Below, piece after piece: positions 1-13,174 of a stretch of 64,000 nucleotides of DNA (position 1 is the stretch's first letter; every line of letters begins with the position of its first letter). The translations under genes and the position numbers were made by a program. The notes below the pieces were generated by a model, which ran no database searches, had not been told where the DNA came from, and saw nothing but the letters and a program-made list of their open reading frames with translations. This stretch comes from Octopus vulgaris (taxonomy: Eukaryota), in NCBI GenBank assembly GCA_951406725.2, contig OX597832.1:44764001-44828000 (forward strand), in the 5' to 3' direction.

Positions 1-275
1 TCGTTACCAATGTTGCTTCACTGGCACGTGTAAAAAGATTCGAGCGAGGTCATTGCCAGTACCGCCTGACTGGCCCCCATGCCGGTGGCATGTAAAAAGC
101 ACCCACTACACTCTCGAAGTGGTTGGCGTTAGGAAGGGCATCCAGCTGTAGAAACTCTGTCAGATCAAGACTGGAGCCTGGTGCAGCCATCTGGTTTGCC
201 AGCCCTCAGTCAAAATCGTCCAAACCATGCTAGCATGGAAAGCGGACGTTAAACGATGATAATGATGATGATGAT
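1..275 (+). mobile_element. SINE family C, (GAT)n-tailed, 3' part
   Basis: GGTTGGCGTTAGGAAGGGCATCCAGCTGTAGAAA...CCATGCTAGCATGGAAAGCGGACGTTAAA(GAT)n. Other copies at about 9505-9875, 14359-14735, 20768-21045, 26951-27182, 31183-31383, 48660-48860 and 55220-55480. Confidence 0.85.
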
Positions 276-929
276 ACAATATGATTTAGATGAAGAAACG
301 GTAAAATGTACTAGAGTATAAAAAAAATCCAACCAGTTGCTATTTTTTTCTCATGACCTATATAGTAATTGTGTGTGATCTTTTCTCAAACTGATAGTGA
401 TTAGTTGGGTTTGTTTATTTTCTTCTTTGCAGCCCTTTCACTTACTTCTCTTCAACTCAGTTCAAGCAAGTTTGTTCCAGGTTCGTCTAGGTCGGAATTC
501 ACTTATGTTAATGCCTTTGTTTGATTCTTACCAGTTATTCATAAATAAACCTGATCATATAAATATTTACCTGTACATGAGAAGAAACTTAACCTTGTAA
601 TGGTGTTAAAATCCAAGTTCAACTAAGAAAAAAAAAAAAAAATTCCCTCACATGAAACTAATTTTATTGCTTAATTTATTAATTTATATACTGTATAGCT
701 ATTATCATTAACAAATTGTCCACTAACTCAGTGCTTTCAAAGACGAGTCGAATTAAATATCCCTTACTTGGAAAATTGGTAAGCGTTAACAAAAGGAAAG
801 GCATTAGCTATAAAACAATACCACAATAATCTGTTTGTCTAACCCATGCTAGCATGGAATAACAGACGTAAAATGAACAAAGGAAATATTGTCAGGTGCT
901 TATTGTGAAGTTAGCACTAAATTACTTAA

Positions 930-1148
930 CCCTTTAGTGTTCTGATTATTCTATCAAACATAATGCTTATTGATTCACATTGATTTGAGTTAATCATGCA
1001 TTATCTCATATCTTTAAGATCTTGATGGTGTAATTACTTGATGTAGAATAACATTGTAGGGTAGGTGTGAGAGCCTGGATCTGGTCAGTTTGAACATAAA
1101 ACAGATTAAATATTTTGGCCGGATATGGCCGGTTTAAATACTAAAGGG
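930..1148. mobile_element. piggyBac-type MITE
   Basis: TTAA|CCCTTTAG...CTAAAGGG|TTAA, i.e. a TTAA target duplication with CCC/GGG termini. Confidence 0.8.
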
Positions 1149-1749
1149 TTAAAGCTGTTTATACATAGAAAAGAGAGCATGCAAGGTTTGCGGTACTGGA
1201 GTTGGTATCTTAAACAGCAACTAGAATTATGAACCTCCACCTGCTACCTCTATGTTCACAACCACCCCTACTCTCTCTCTCTCTTTTTGGTTTTTAATCA
1301 AAAATTTCTTCACAGCAAGAATGTCTACATGTTACAAAATTCACTAATTCATATGCTATGTGCTGATATTGGCAATTTTCTCTATACTACCTTTTCATAT
1401 ATTACAGGTTTTAATCCATATTATCTAAGTTTCACTCCCATACAATATATATCTATTGATATCATGACTAATCCAAGTTTAGTCGACCTCAACAATACGG
1501 AATAAACTTATAAATATTCTTATCTATAAAGTCGACTATTTTTAATTCAAAGTTTATCAAATAAAACACGCAACTTAACAAGCAAGGTATTATGAGTAAT
1601 TCTTCATAACTGAATCAACATATTAGAAAATCAAGCCATTTAAGATATACTTATAACCTCTCCAAAAGTTCTCACTTTTGCTAGAAATAAATTTCCAGAA
1701 AAGGAAAATATGAATTATGATTAATCAAGTGAAAATAAAATAATTTTAA

Positions 1750-1950
1750 CCCTTTAGAATTCGGATTACTCTGCCAAAATGTAATATTTATTTATTCACA
1801 ATGCATTATTTTGTAGCTACAAGATTTCAATGATGGGTTTATTTTTAGAATGACATTGTAGGGTAGAAGTGAGGGGTGGTATCTAACTGATTTGAACATA
1901 AAACAGGTAGTATATTTGGGTCAGATATGACCTGTTTTAGTGCTACAGGG
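1750..1950. mobile_element. piggyBac-type MITE, diverged copy
   Basis: TTAA|CCCTTTAG...CTACAGGG, with internal homology to 930-1148. Confidence 0.7.
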
Positions 1951-2113
1951 CTAAAGGACACACATATCAATAACCTATCACATTCACAGATCCTATCTAA
2001 CTAGTGAGATTTTGGCTGTGGGATATTTGTGTAGTGCTACTAAATTTTTTATCTTTTAAGAGATGCTTCTGATGTTGTTAGATGTCAGAATTTGAGATAC
2101 ATGTTCAGTGCAG

Positions 2114-2145
<32 letters not shown>

Positions 2146-3197
2146 GTACAAAGTAAGATAGGGGTTATGAGGGTAACCCACTATGGGATATCAGTTATCC
2201 AATATATTGCTGGTGAAGCACCCAAATGCCAAATACATAAATGCTTATAATTGCAATGCAATTAATTCATTTATTGTATCGGATTGGCGAAGGTAAACAA
2301 GGACAGAAAAATGGATTAAGTCGATTACATCGACCCCAGTGCGAAACTGGTACTTAATTTATTGATCCCGAAAGGATGAAAGGCAAAGTCGACCTCGGCA
2401 GAATTTGAACTCAGAACGCAATGGCAGACGAAATATTCTGAGTTCAAGTTCAAACTCCGCCGAATGGCATGAATTTATATAATTCAGATGGATTATGATG
2501 TACTGAGTGATGTATGCAAAAAAAAAAAAAAACCCTTGATAAATTGAAATTGAAATTCATCTTTTAGTTAGAGAATTAGTTTAGTTAACACAGTTATCAA
2601 GAAAAGGTACAAGATCCTCAAGAAATGTTGACACAGACCATCACTTCTGTCTTCTTTCCAGCTACTCCCATCCACCCCAATATACTGAGGAGTAGCCATG
2701 TAGCTCTCTATAGCAAGACACCCATGCTTGTTTCTCCATCATACTTCAGCCTCTCAACACCTGGCACAAAGAGTGATGAGATAAATTCTTGTGATACTTG
2801 CAAGTTGTTGATTTGAGATCATATTAAAAGCTATACAGTTTTGGCATGTTGGCAAGTAGCTGGTATGCTGTTATTAGCTTATTGTCTATGAATGTGAGCG
2901 TAATTTGTTTTTAATAAGTGAATGAGGAAAGAATAGATCACTGGCTTTAACAAGGCCAGTAATAATCACTGTGATGGGTGAAAGATTTCATTTCCTTATT
3001 GAAGGCTTTTGTTAAGGCCTTTTAATAAGTGTGCAATAAAGTATGAGAAAAAGGGATAGTATTAAGTGAAGGATGTGAACCATGTTTAGTGGTTGGAAAT
3101 GGTGTGTAAGGCTTAGTTACATCAAGAATGAATTGAGTATTTTTAGGGAGAAATAAAATTATAAGGTTGTGTCTGGTTTCTAATAACATTGTTAAAT

Positions 3198-3600
3198 TCC
3201 CTTTAAGGGACTGTCATGTTAAGTTGACATTATACAACCACTCTATCGCTCCACCACCGCTCATGTCTCTTTGAGACATTTAGAAATTCAATATTTCTAA
3301 TTACGGTGACCAGTGAATAGATTTCACTGTAAATATATATATTTGTGAAGGCTTGGCAAAGTATCTCATCTAGCAGGACTTGCAACCCTGGACTGATGAC
3401 GGGCAAGACCCAGAAACATGCATGTCTTCAGGTTGCTAGTCCTAGCTGGTGGAGGTGCTTGCCTCCCCTTTGCAAATATAAGGACACAGGAAATGTGTCA
3501 AAGCCGACAGGAAGCGTCGATGCTTCCTAGGGCTAAACAGCGGTGGTGTAATTCCCTTTATGGGACTGTCACGTTAAGTTGACTGTATACAACCACTCTA
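3198..3600 (+). mobile_element. Retrozyme-like non-autonomous retroelement, copy 1 (355-nt unit plus about 50 nt terminal redundancy)
   Basis: 3196-3246 is repeated at 3551-3601 (period 355). The flanking direct repeat TTGTTAAAT occurs at 3189-3197 and 3601-3609. It has an internal hammerhead, many short hairpins and no credible ORF. Confidence 0.75.
3375..3443 (+). ncRNA. Type I hammerhead ribozyme
   Basis: CTGATGA (3393-3399), helix II GGG-caaga-CCC, GAAA (3413-3416), palindromic helix III ACATGCATGT and GTC triplet (predicted cut after 3426). Long helix I: aggacttgcaacc(c)tgga / ttcaggttgctagtcct. Confidence 0.85.
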
Positions 3601-3879
3601 TTGTTAAATCTACATATAGAAAAAGAAGTACTGTTTCATATGTACTATCATGCACATACACACAAAATCCACCACAGCTACCTCTCACACAAACACACCC
3701 TTTCCAAGCAATTCCTAATGATTAATCAGTCAAGTACAGACATATCCAAAATAATTAACAGATAATTAGGAAAGGATAGCTTCTACGAGGAAGGGCGTCC
3801 AGCTGTAAAAACATTGATATTAGAAAAAACAGAAACATCAAATCTATGCCAGCAAGGAAATTAAAATCTTCAATATATA

Positions 3880-4262
3880 GGTGCAGGAGTGGCTGTGTGG
3901 TAAGTAGCTTGCTAACCAACCACATGGTTCCGGGTTCAGTCCCACTGCGTGGCACCTTGGGCAAGTGTCTTCTGCTATAGCATCGGGCCGACCAGAGCCT
4001 TGTGAGTGGATTTGGTAGACGGAAACTGAAAGAAGCCCGTCGTATATGTATATGTGTGTGTGTTTGTGTTTGTCCCTCTAGCATTGCTTGACACTCGATG
4101 CTGGTGTGTTTACGTCCCCGTCACTTAGCGGTTCGGCAAAAGAGAACCGATAGAATAAGTACTGGGCTTACAAAAACAGAATAAGTCCCGGGGTCGAGTT
4201 ACTCGACTAATGGCGGTGCTCCAGCATGGCCGCAGTCAAATGACTGAAACAAGTAAAAGAGT
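3880..4262 (+). mobile_element. tRNA-derived SINE family A (internal TA/TG microsatellite), full length
   Basis: A box TGGCTGTGTGG, B box GGTTCAGTCCC and a tail of gtaaaaga repeats. More than 15 copies occur in the window. Confidence 0.9.
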
Positions 4263-4671
4263 ATATCACTCTTCTGTCCCCCCCCCCCCACATACATCAC
4301 TATCAAAGTAATAATGCTGCTGTTAAGAGGGATGAAAATGGTGATGATTATCAATTCTAGAGTATAATTGTGTAGTTCATATCTTCAAGCATAAAAAACA
4401 ATGTAAATTCTGGGCTAAAATCTTACCAGAATTAGTTTTCTTCTTTTTTTTTCCCCAAAGTTTCTTATACTACTTATCTTAGCCTATTGAAAATAAGGAG
4501 TATCTCATTTAGGTAAGGACATCAAAAAACCATAAAAAAAGCATTAATTCTTAGGACTCACGCAAACTAGCCAATACAAGATTTCTTTTTAAAACAATTT
4601 GTCCAACCAACAAAAACAACAACCAAGTTCTCCATGATTGATTTTATTTGTTGACGAGTAATAACACATTT

Positions 4672-4703
4672 CATATATACATACATATATACACATACAT
4701 ACA

Positions 4704-4755
<52 letters not shown>

Positions 4756-4759
4756 TATA

Positions 4760-4807
<48 letters not shown>

Positions 4808-5062
4808 CATATATATATATACACACATATACATACATATATATATATAGATATACATATATATACATATATAGATATACATATATATACATATATATAC
4901 GTATATATATACACATATATATATACACATATATACATATACACATATATATACATATACACACATATATACATATACACATATATACATACACACACAT
5001 ACATACATACACACACATATATACATACACACACATATATACATACACACACATACACACAC

Positions 5063-5144
<82 letters not shown>

Positions 5145-5145
5145 G

Positions 5146-5179
<34 letters not shown>

Positions 5180-5200
5180 TGCACGTATATACGTATGTAT
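4672..5200. repeat. Compound (TA)n/(CA)n microsatellite
   Basis: Direct reading; it explains the YI/HT/CV ORFs. Confidence 0.95.
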
Positions 5201-6657
5201 GTAAAGTATATGAAATATAGTTGACATAGTTCCAGTTTATCAATAATGATTATTGACTACTGAGATAAAAGGCAAGAGAGCAGTGTTCAAATTCAGAACT
5301 ACCAACCACTGAATTTCATTCCTTATAATAGCAAGTCTAGTTCTGCAACAATTCCATTACCTTGTGTGATAGATAATAAACCAGTCATTTGAATATATAT
5401 ATAAAAAAAAACAAAAAAAAACTAAGTCACGTGTTGAGTTATGTTGGTTAGTTACTCTCTGTCACAATGGGAGAAGAAAGCTGTTGTTATGGTGAGAGAC
5501 ATGAAAGAGCAAAAAGGAAAGTGCCGTGAAGAGAGGCAAATTATATAGATTGCAGAGAGAGAGAGAAAGTGAAAGTAGTTTGTAAGAGAGATAATCATGA
5601 ACGAATTGTTAGATATAGTGAGAGATGGAAAAAAATAGTGAGAGGGAAAGAGATAGCATCAATATAAGAGGGATGGAAGGAGAATGAAGCTCTACAATAG
5701 AGAGAGGAATTAGAAAAGTAGTGTGATGAAATAAAGAGGTATAGAGTGTATGAGAGAGGGAGGGAGAGAGAGAGACAGATGTAATGTGATAAAGGAGGTA
5801 TTGAAATGTTGGAAAATGAAGAGAAAATGTGGAGACAGAATTTGATTGGGAGGATATAAGGCAACGAGGGCAAGAACAAGGGAACACAGAAGGGACATGT
5901 TTTAATAAATGTTGTATTAGTTAGTTTAATGCTTAATAGAGAGGAAAGGGTTTTGACGTTTTGGACATGTAGTTTTTCATCAGGAAAAAAAAAAAAAGAA
6001 TGAGGAAAGGCAGTAGGAAAAATAAAAAGAATGGCAAAAGATGGTTTGGGGGAAAATGGGGAAAAGAAGTCAAGGACCAGGTGAGAATGCAGTTCTTTGG
6101 GGCTGGGTAGATGTACAAAGAGAGAGATAGAGAGACAGACATAGACAGAGAGAGAGAGAGAAAATAATGAAGTGTGAGAATGAGTCAAGGTGAATAATGG
6201 AGAAGAGTAGATAGACTTAAAAATACAAACTGTTGAAGACAAAATGAAACACAAGACAATGAGTTAGGCTTGAAGCAAAAGCATTTAAGAATTACAGGTA
6301 AGTGGCAGAAATAAATCCCTTCATTTACGACAGATACTACACTAGCAGGTTTATATTATAATTCAGGATGAATATGACCAAAGTCAACTTGACCTTTCAG
6401 GTATTCATATCATTAGAATTATTGGGGCAAGTTGTCAAAATCAAGGCTAAACGTAGTGCATTAAATTTATGGTTACTGCTCCCAGTTGTACCTGATCAAG
6501 GTGGAGGGTGGTGTTAAGTACCAAGAACTGCTGGAAACAATCTGCTTGAGTAGAGAGTGAAAAACCAAATGTCAGAAAGGATGAAGGTCAAGGCATAACT
6601 TCACAGCACCACCTGTAACACTGTACATTGTTTTAGGCATTAGCTCTCATATGAATT

Positions 6658-6872
6658 ACTCTTTACTCTTTTACTTGTTTCAGTCATTTGACTGTGGCCA
6701 TGCTGGAGCACCGCCTTTAATCAAGCAACTTGACCCCGGGACTTATTCTTTTTGTAAGCCCAGTACTTATTCTATCAGTCTCTTTTGCTGAACCACTAAG
6801 TGACGGGGACATACACACACCAGCATCAGTTGTCAAGCAATGCTAGGGGGACAAACACAGACACACAAACAT

Positions 6873-6939
<67 letters not shown>

Positions 6940-7040
6940 ATAAAAATGGTAAATAAAATGGAAAAAACAGTCTTTGACTGCCATTTCTAATTCCTTCGGT
7001 ATGAGGCGAAGCAGCCTGCTGCTAGCCCTTTTATTTGCTT

Positions 7041-7083
<43 letters not shown>

Positions 7084-7253
7084 TATACATATATACGACG
7101 GGCTTCTTTCAGTTTCCGTCTACCAAATCCACTCACAAGGCTTTGGTCGGCCCGAGGCTATAGTAGAAGACACTTGCCCAAGAGGCCACGCAGTGGGACT
7201 GAACCCGGAACCATGTGGTTGGTAAGCAAGCTACTTACCACACAGCCACTCCT
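6658..7253 (-). mobile_element. SINE family A with a foreign insert of about 110 bp in its TA tract
   Basis: Reverse-complement match to 3880-4262. Confidence 0.88.
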
Positions 7254-7621
7254 GTAAATGAATTGAAATGAAAGTATGTGTATAAATAGAAATCAAATTT
7301 TAGAGTACTGTCTACTTCATCTGACTATTCACACATGAATAATATAGATAGATATATACACATACACTTATATATGGGGATAGAGAAAAAGAAAGTCCTA
7401 TGAAGATGGAAATTGAGAAAAAAAAAAAAACTTAATCAAATCTATTTTTTTGTTTTAATTTGTCGAAATTTGAACTTTAGATAGTGATAAGATAATAGTT
7501 AATTTTAGATAAATAGCAGAATTGTTAAGAGTGAATTTATTTTTGTGGCTACAAAATATATTTAAATTACTTTTCTCATATTTAACAAATATGCCATCTG
7601 AACTTCACAACGCAAAACTGT

Positions 7622-7943
7622 GTGGACTTATTCTTTGTAAGCCCAGTACTTATTCTATCGGTCTCTTTAGCCAAAACACTAAGTAACGGGGACATAAACA
7701 CAACAGCATCGGTTGCCAAGCAATGCTAGGGGGACAAATACAGACACACAAACATACACGCACACATATATATACATAAATACGACGGGCTTCTTTCAGT
7801 TTCCGTCTACCAAATCCACTCACAAGGCTTTGGTCGGCCCGAGGCTATAGTAGAAGACACTTTCCCAAGGTGCCACGCACTGGTACTGAACCTGGAACCA
7901 TGTGGTTGGTAAGCAACTTACCACGCAGCCACTCCTGCGCCTA
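7622..7943 (-). mobile_element. SINE family A (3'-truncated)
   Basis: Match to family A. Confidence 0.85.
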
Positions 7944-8911
7944 TTGTGTATTACACTCTGTTTTCAGATTTACCACATCAAAGTTAATTTTTGATGTTTT
8001 GTTAAGCTAATATATGCTATTTGTCTGACTTGCTCTGTCTAGTGATCATATTCCCACAGTATCACTGTAGGAGCGTTTGGCCCAGTGATAGCAGTTTTTA
8101 TGAATAAGCAGTGCTTGCTTTCAAGTGGTTGGTGTAAATATACAGTGAACCGTTGTCATGTGCTGAGTGCTAACCTCAGCCAGGACAATTGCTATTGGTG
8201 TGGCCTGGTTGCCTGATAAACAACAATTGTCACAGGGTTAATTATTAGTCAATAAAAAAAAAATAAAATAATAATAGCATACTTTAGAAAAGTTATATTA
8301 CAATGATATTACTCAGAAAGCAGTTCGGGTTTTTAGTCATCATTGTGGACAATTGTAAACAAATGTCTTGTCTTTCCCTTAGGACAGAAAAAGGAGGACT
8401 GGCCTTCAGAAGCCATGCATTCACCTTTGCTATCTACAAAGATATATATAGCTACATGTATCTGCTACATGTAATGGCTTCACTAAATTGGTTAATCTAA
8501 TTTACCAAAATAGGAACTTCACTGGCTATTGTATAAAGCCGTGTTTCAATATACACTTCAAAGTACTGAACACATGGTTTAGTGTGTCTAAAAATAAATA
8601 ATTGACAATGTACACAGCAAAAGTACCAGTTATTTAATTCGGTCTCATTAATGTAGTTAAGTGATGATATTTAGTCGCTGTAAATAGCTATAAGTAAACA
8701 TCTCTCTTCATGGGCAAACAAAGGTGCATGGTCTCTAAAAAGATCCTAAGATTGAAACCAGGCCACAGGGATCATTCTTTTTTCTGTCCAGAGATAGATA
8801 AAAATGACATTTCTGTGTTTGCATATTCAATAACACATCACAGAGATAGTCAAAGACTTGCATTGCTTATAAATGCATACTCATATATACAATTAGAAGT
8901 GGATAAGTAAA

Positions 8912-9245
8912 GACTCCCTTCGGTCATGAATGACCATGGGATTGCACACCTAGAAAGTTACTCTCCGAGGAACAAGTCTGGGCAGGGTTGTTTATGGAAG
9001 ACCAGTAGTCACCTGTACATACCGGTCTCCCTTCTCCATACCACCGATGTTGTCCAAGGGAAAGGCAAAGGCCAATACGGCTTGGCACCAGTGATGTTGC
9101 AACTCATTTCTACAGCTGAGCGAATGGGAGCAACGTGAAAGAAAGTGTCTTGCCCAAGAACACCAACACACAACCCAGTCCAGGAATTGAACTCACAACC
9201 TCACAATTCTAAGCGTGACACTCTAATCACTGAGCCGTGTGCCTA
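8912..9245 (-). mobile_element. tRNA-derived SINE family E
   Basis: Homologous copies at 27668-28005 and 41018-41345. Confidence 0.82.
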
Positions 9246-9898
9246 TAGAAGTACTGAACACATATTTAGAACATCAGTAATCACACTGGAATTGTTTAGA
9301 ATGGATTATCTAAAGAAAGTAAATTAAGCTAAATATAGATTAAAATAACTAAAAATAAAAAGTAGATATAGGACTATCAAAATAGAAGACTGGAAACAGA
9401 AATTAAACTTTGCTTTCATTAGGCTATTTATATATAAAAAAAGGACAGCCACCCTGATTAGTAATTAATTCTCTAATCTGAAATGTCAATAATATCTATA
9501 TATATCATCATCATCATTTAATGTCTGTTATCCTTGCTGGCATGGGTAAGATGGTTTGGTCAGGGCTGGTAAGCTGGAAGGCTGCGCCAGACTCCAGTCT
9601 GATTTGGCATGGTTTTTATAGCTGGATGCCCTTCCTAATGCCAACCCTCTCAGAGTGTAATGGGTGCTTTTACATGCCACCAGTATCTGTCACAACTGCG
9701 ATTTTACTTGGCTTGATGGGTCTTCTCAAGTATGACATAATGTCAAAGGTCTTGGTTATAACCTCAGCGAGGCCCAATACTCAAAAGGCATTTTTCATGT
9801 ACCCCCTGCATCAGCCACTTTTGCCTCCAAGAGGCCCAACACTTGAAAGGTGCTTTTTGCGTGCCATCGGCATGTAATATATATATACATATATATAT

Positions 9899-10115
9899 AG
9901 TTAATCCAAACAAGAAAGCACAAAAAAAAACACAACAACGCGAGGACGTGGAACAAATATAGTATTAGTGGATGCTCAGGAAAGAAGGAGGATTTAACGT
10001 TTCGAGCGGAGCTCTTCGTCGGAAACATAGGAGAAGGAAAGATACAGAGAAGGGAAGACAGAGGAGAAAAAAAAAAAAAAATCGCCAACGGTACACACGC
10101 GGTCACATTTTGAAA
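9899..10115 (-). mobile_element. Penelope-like terminal (pLTR-type) fragment with variant hammerhead core
   Basis: Inserted at a TA microsatellite. The minus strand reads CCGACGA-a gagc tcc gctc-GAAACGTTA. Close relative at 37197-37402. Confidence 0.55.
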
Positions 10116-10721
10116 TTTTGTATATATATATACACACACACACACACATAGATATTCAAATTGCTAAACTGTAATGAAACGGTAACACTATGGATACATT
10201 TTGGTATGTAACATTCTTTCACATTATTCATATTTTATTTAAATAAGTTAGCCAATGGGTGAGGAGGAGAAGTGGGGAAGGCAATTCTCATAACTTTTGT
10301 CCCCACCCATCTACCCACTCCTCAATACTGGTGAGATTGTTGTGGCAGTTGCTCCGGGCCCCAATGTTTGCAGACCAATGTTCTCTAAGAATAACATTGG
10401 AGAGAAGAATGATAGTCCAAATGCTTAACTTCACTAAAGGCATCAAAGGGCAACATGGACAGTGGTGGTTATGTTAAACAAGGTTGCATGTTAGGTTTAC
10501 CAACCGTAACTATGCCAAAAAAATGCTACTAATTATAGTGTAGCTTACATATAAAGCTGACAGGTACTAATTATAAATAATAAAATGGTATTTAAATAAC
10601 TTTCTTGTATCCATCCAATCTAACTGTGGACCAGTTTGATGGACAGTTTAAGAACATCTTGGACACAATTTCATAAGTTACAAGTAAACTGAATAGAATA
10701 ATGTTTATTAATAGAGAAATA

Positions 10722-10965
10722 CATCATCATCATCACTGTTCGACCGTGGTCGAGACAATGGAATTTACTATGTTACGCCAGACTTCACGGTCCATCATAG
10801 CATTACGGAGGTCCTGTTGCTGGATGCCTGTATCCCTGGAGATTACATCAAGGTAGGAGAGTGTACGCCCTCTGGTATCGCGAGCAGATGGCTTCCAGAG
10901 GAGAAGAGTAGAAATTACCTCGTTTTCAGCTCTACAACTATGTCCAGGAAACTGGACTCTTCTAC
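10722..10965 (-). mobile_element. RTE-type LINE 3' end
   Basis: The ORF ...LLLWKPSARDTRGRTLSYLDVISRDTG...AMMDREVWRNIV resembles RTE ORF C-termini and is followed by a (GAT)n tail. Confidence 0.75.
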
Positions 10966-11795
10966 CAGAGAAATACAAATTTTCCAGGCAATCAGTTTGT
11001 TTTGTATGTTTACCTATCCTTGTGATCTGATTGGCCTATTCTCTGATCACTTTTCAAATTTACTTTTTCATATCACCATCATTGTTTTAATATCCACTTT
11101 TTCATGCTTGCATGGGTCAAATGAAATCTGTTGAAGCAGACTTTTAACAGCCAGATGCTCATCTTGTTTCCAAGCAAAGTGATATTTGCCCCTGATCCTT
11201 CGAACATGAAGAGTACAGTGGCCAGACATGTCTTCATGGAAGATTGTAAACAAACGACACCACTTGTATGACAGTGATGGTCGTTTACAGTTAGCATGCA
11301 CTGTCAAAACAAAGACACACACACTCACAACGGCCTTCATTCAGTTTCCATCTACCATTCAAAAAGCTTTGGTCACCCTAGAGGACATTTAACACAAGAC
11401 ATCAGACAGAGTAACTGAACATAAAGTCAGAAGGTTGCAAACCCACAAAACCATGTCTACACACACATTGAGGTGTGCATTTAGTTTAATGTTAAATATA
11501 TATTAAAAACCTGACTATACTCAAGTTTGATCTTTTCCATTAAAGAGTCTTCATATTTCTTCATTAGCCCTTTGTGGTAGATTTGGAACAATATTCCATT
11601 TGTCTAGCATTTCATAATCCCATTTCCAAATTGTTGCAATGGTGTGTAGTCTACTTATTCTGCAGTAAGTTGCATAGGTCTTGGGAATAATTTTATAACT
11701 GATAAAATCAACAATGCTGAGTTTAAAATTACACAACAGTAAATCCAGATAGATTTCATAATACCAAGATGTATTTTTTTTATTTATTTATATAT

Positions 11796-12200
11796 AGGCG
11801 CAGGAGTGGCTGTGTGGTAAGTAGCTTGCTTACCAACCACATGGTTCCGGGTTCAGTCCCACTGCGTGGCATCTTGGGCAAGTGTCTTCTACTATAGCCC
11901 CGGGCCGACCAAAGCCTTGTGAGTGGACTTGGTAGATGGAAACTAAAAGAAGCCTGTCGTATATATGTATATATATGTGTGTGTATGTTTGTGTGTCTGT
12001 GTTTGTCCCCCTAGCATTGCTTGACAGCTGATGCTGGTGTGTTTATGTCCCTGTTACTTAGCGGTTCGGCAAAAGAGACTGATAGAATAAGTATTGGGCT
12101 TACAAAAGAATAAGTCCCGGGGTCGAGTTGCTCGATTAAAGGCGGTACTCCAGCATGGCCACAGTCAAATGACTGAAACAAGTAAAAAAGAGTAAAGAGT
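11796..12200 (+). mobile_element. SINE family A
   Basis: Full-length match. Confidence 0.9.
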
Positions 12201-12924
12201 ATATGATATATCTATGCATCTGAGTTTGTCTTTTCCTATCGGTAAAGCTTCCATTGCTATTTCTCTCAATTTTTATGAACTGCAATATAAAATCGCAGTG
12301 CTGTCAACTAGCATTTTTCTATCTGATTTTATTTTGTATACTGCATTGTAATTTGGAAACGAGATAGTGAAGGCCTCGAAATATCTGACTAATGGATTTA
12401 GGAACATTATTGTTCCCAAACCGAACATAAAGGAAATAATAAAGTAAAACGAAAAATTCTTAATAAAAAGCATCAAACTTGTACACAGTAGTAATACGTT
12501 CAAAAGAAAAAAAATTGTCTGCTATTTACACAAACATGAATGTGGGGTTGAAAAGTTCCTTTCAGTCATATGGTTTCTGGTTTGATTGTATTGCACAACT
12601 TGTTAAGCAAGTGCCCTCACAAGAGTGAAATTTACTAGATAGAAATTATATGGAAACCCATTGTATGGACTAAGGGATATGTTAGTGGACATTCAAACAA
12701 GAGGCTATCAGCACTATGTTGAGTTAGCGACTTAACTCTCAAAATGGCAAAACTGCTCCCTTGGATATTCCATAGAGCATCAGAAATCACATTTGACTTG
12801 ACAGTTCCATACATTACATGTTATTGATAGTATAGGGGAAGAAGTTCCTAAACAGAGTCTGCAAACCTGGTTCAATTTCCAGTTGTATCTATTTCATTTG
12901 TTATTTGATTTCCACCATTATTCT

Positions 12925-13124
12925 TTTATTCTTTTAATTCTTTTATTTGCTTCAGTCACTTGACTGCGGCCATGCTGGAGCACCCCAGGACTTATTGTTT
13001 TGTAAGCCTAGCACTTATTCTACCAGTCACTTTTGCCAAGCCACTAACCTATGGGGATGTAAACACAACATCGGTTGCCAAGCGATGGTGAGGGGACAAA
13101 CACAAACACATAGCTATATATATG

Positions 13125-13174
<50 letters not shown>

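Noticed and set aside
4567-5243. Long ORFs rich in YI/HT/CV (also at 38-40 kb and 56-57 kb)
   Set aside because: Translations of TA/CA/CATA microsatellites.
5950-5985. Minus-strand CTGATGA...AAAACGTC hammerhead-like remnant
   Set aside because: GAAA is mutated and helix II cannot pair; at most a decayed Penelope-like end.
11551-11736. Minus-strand ORF or possible terminal exon (YKIIPKTYATYCRISRLHTIATIWKWD...)
   Set aside because: No recognisable homology and no linked exons.
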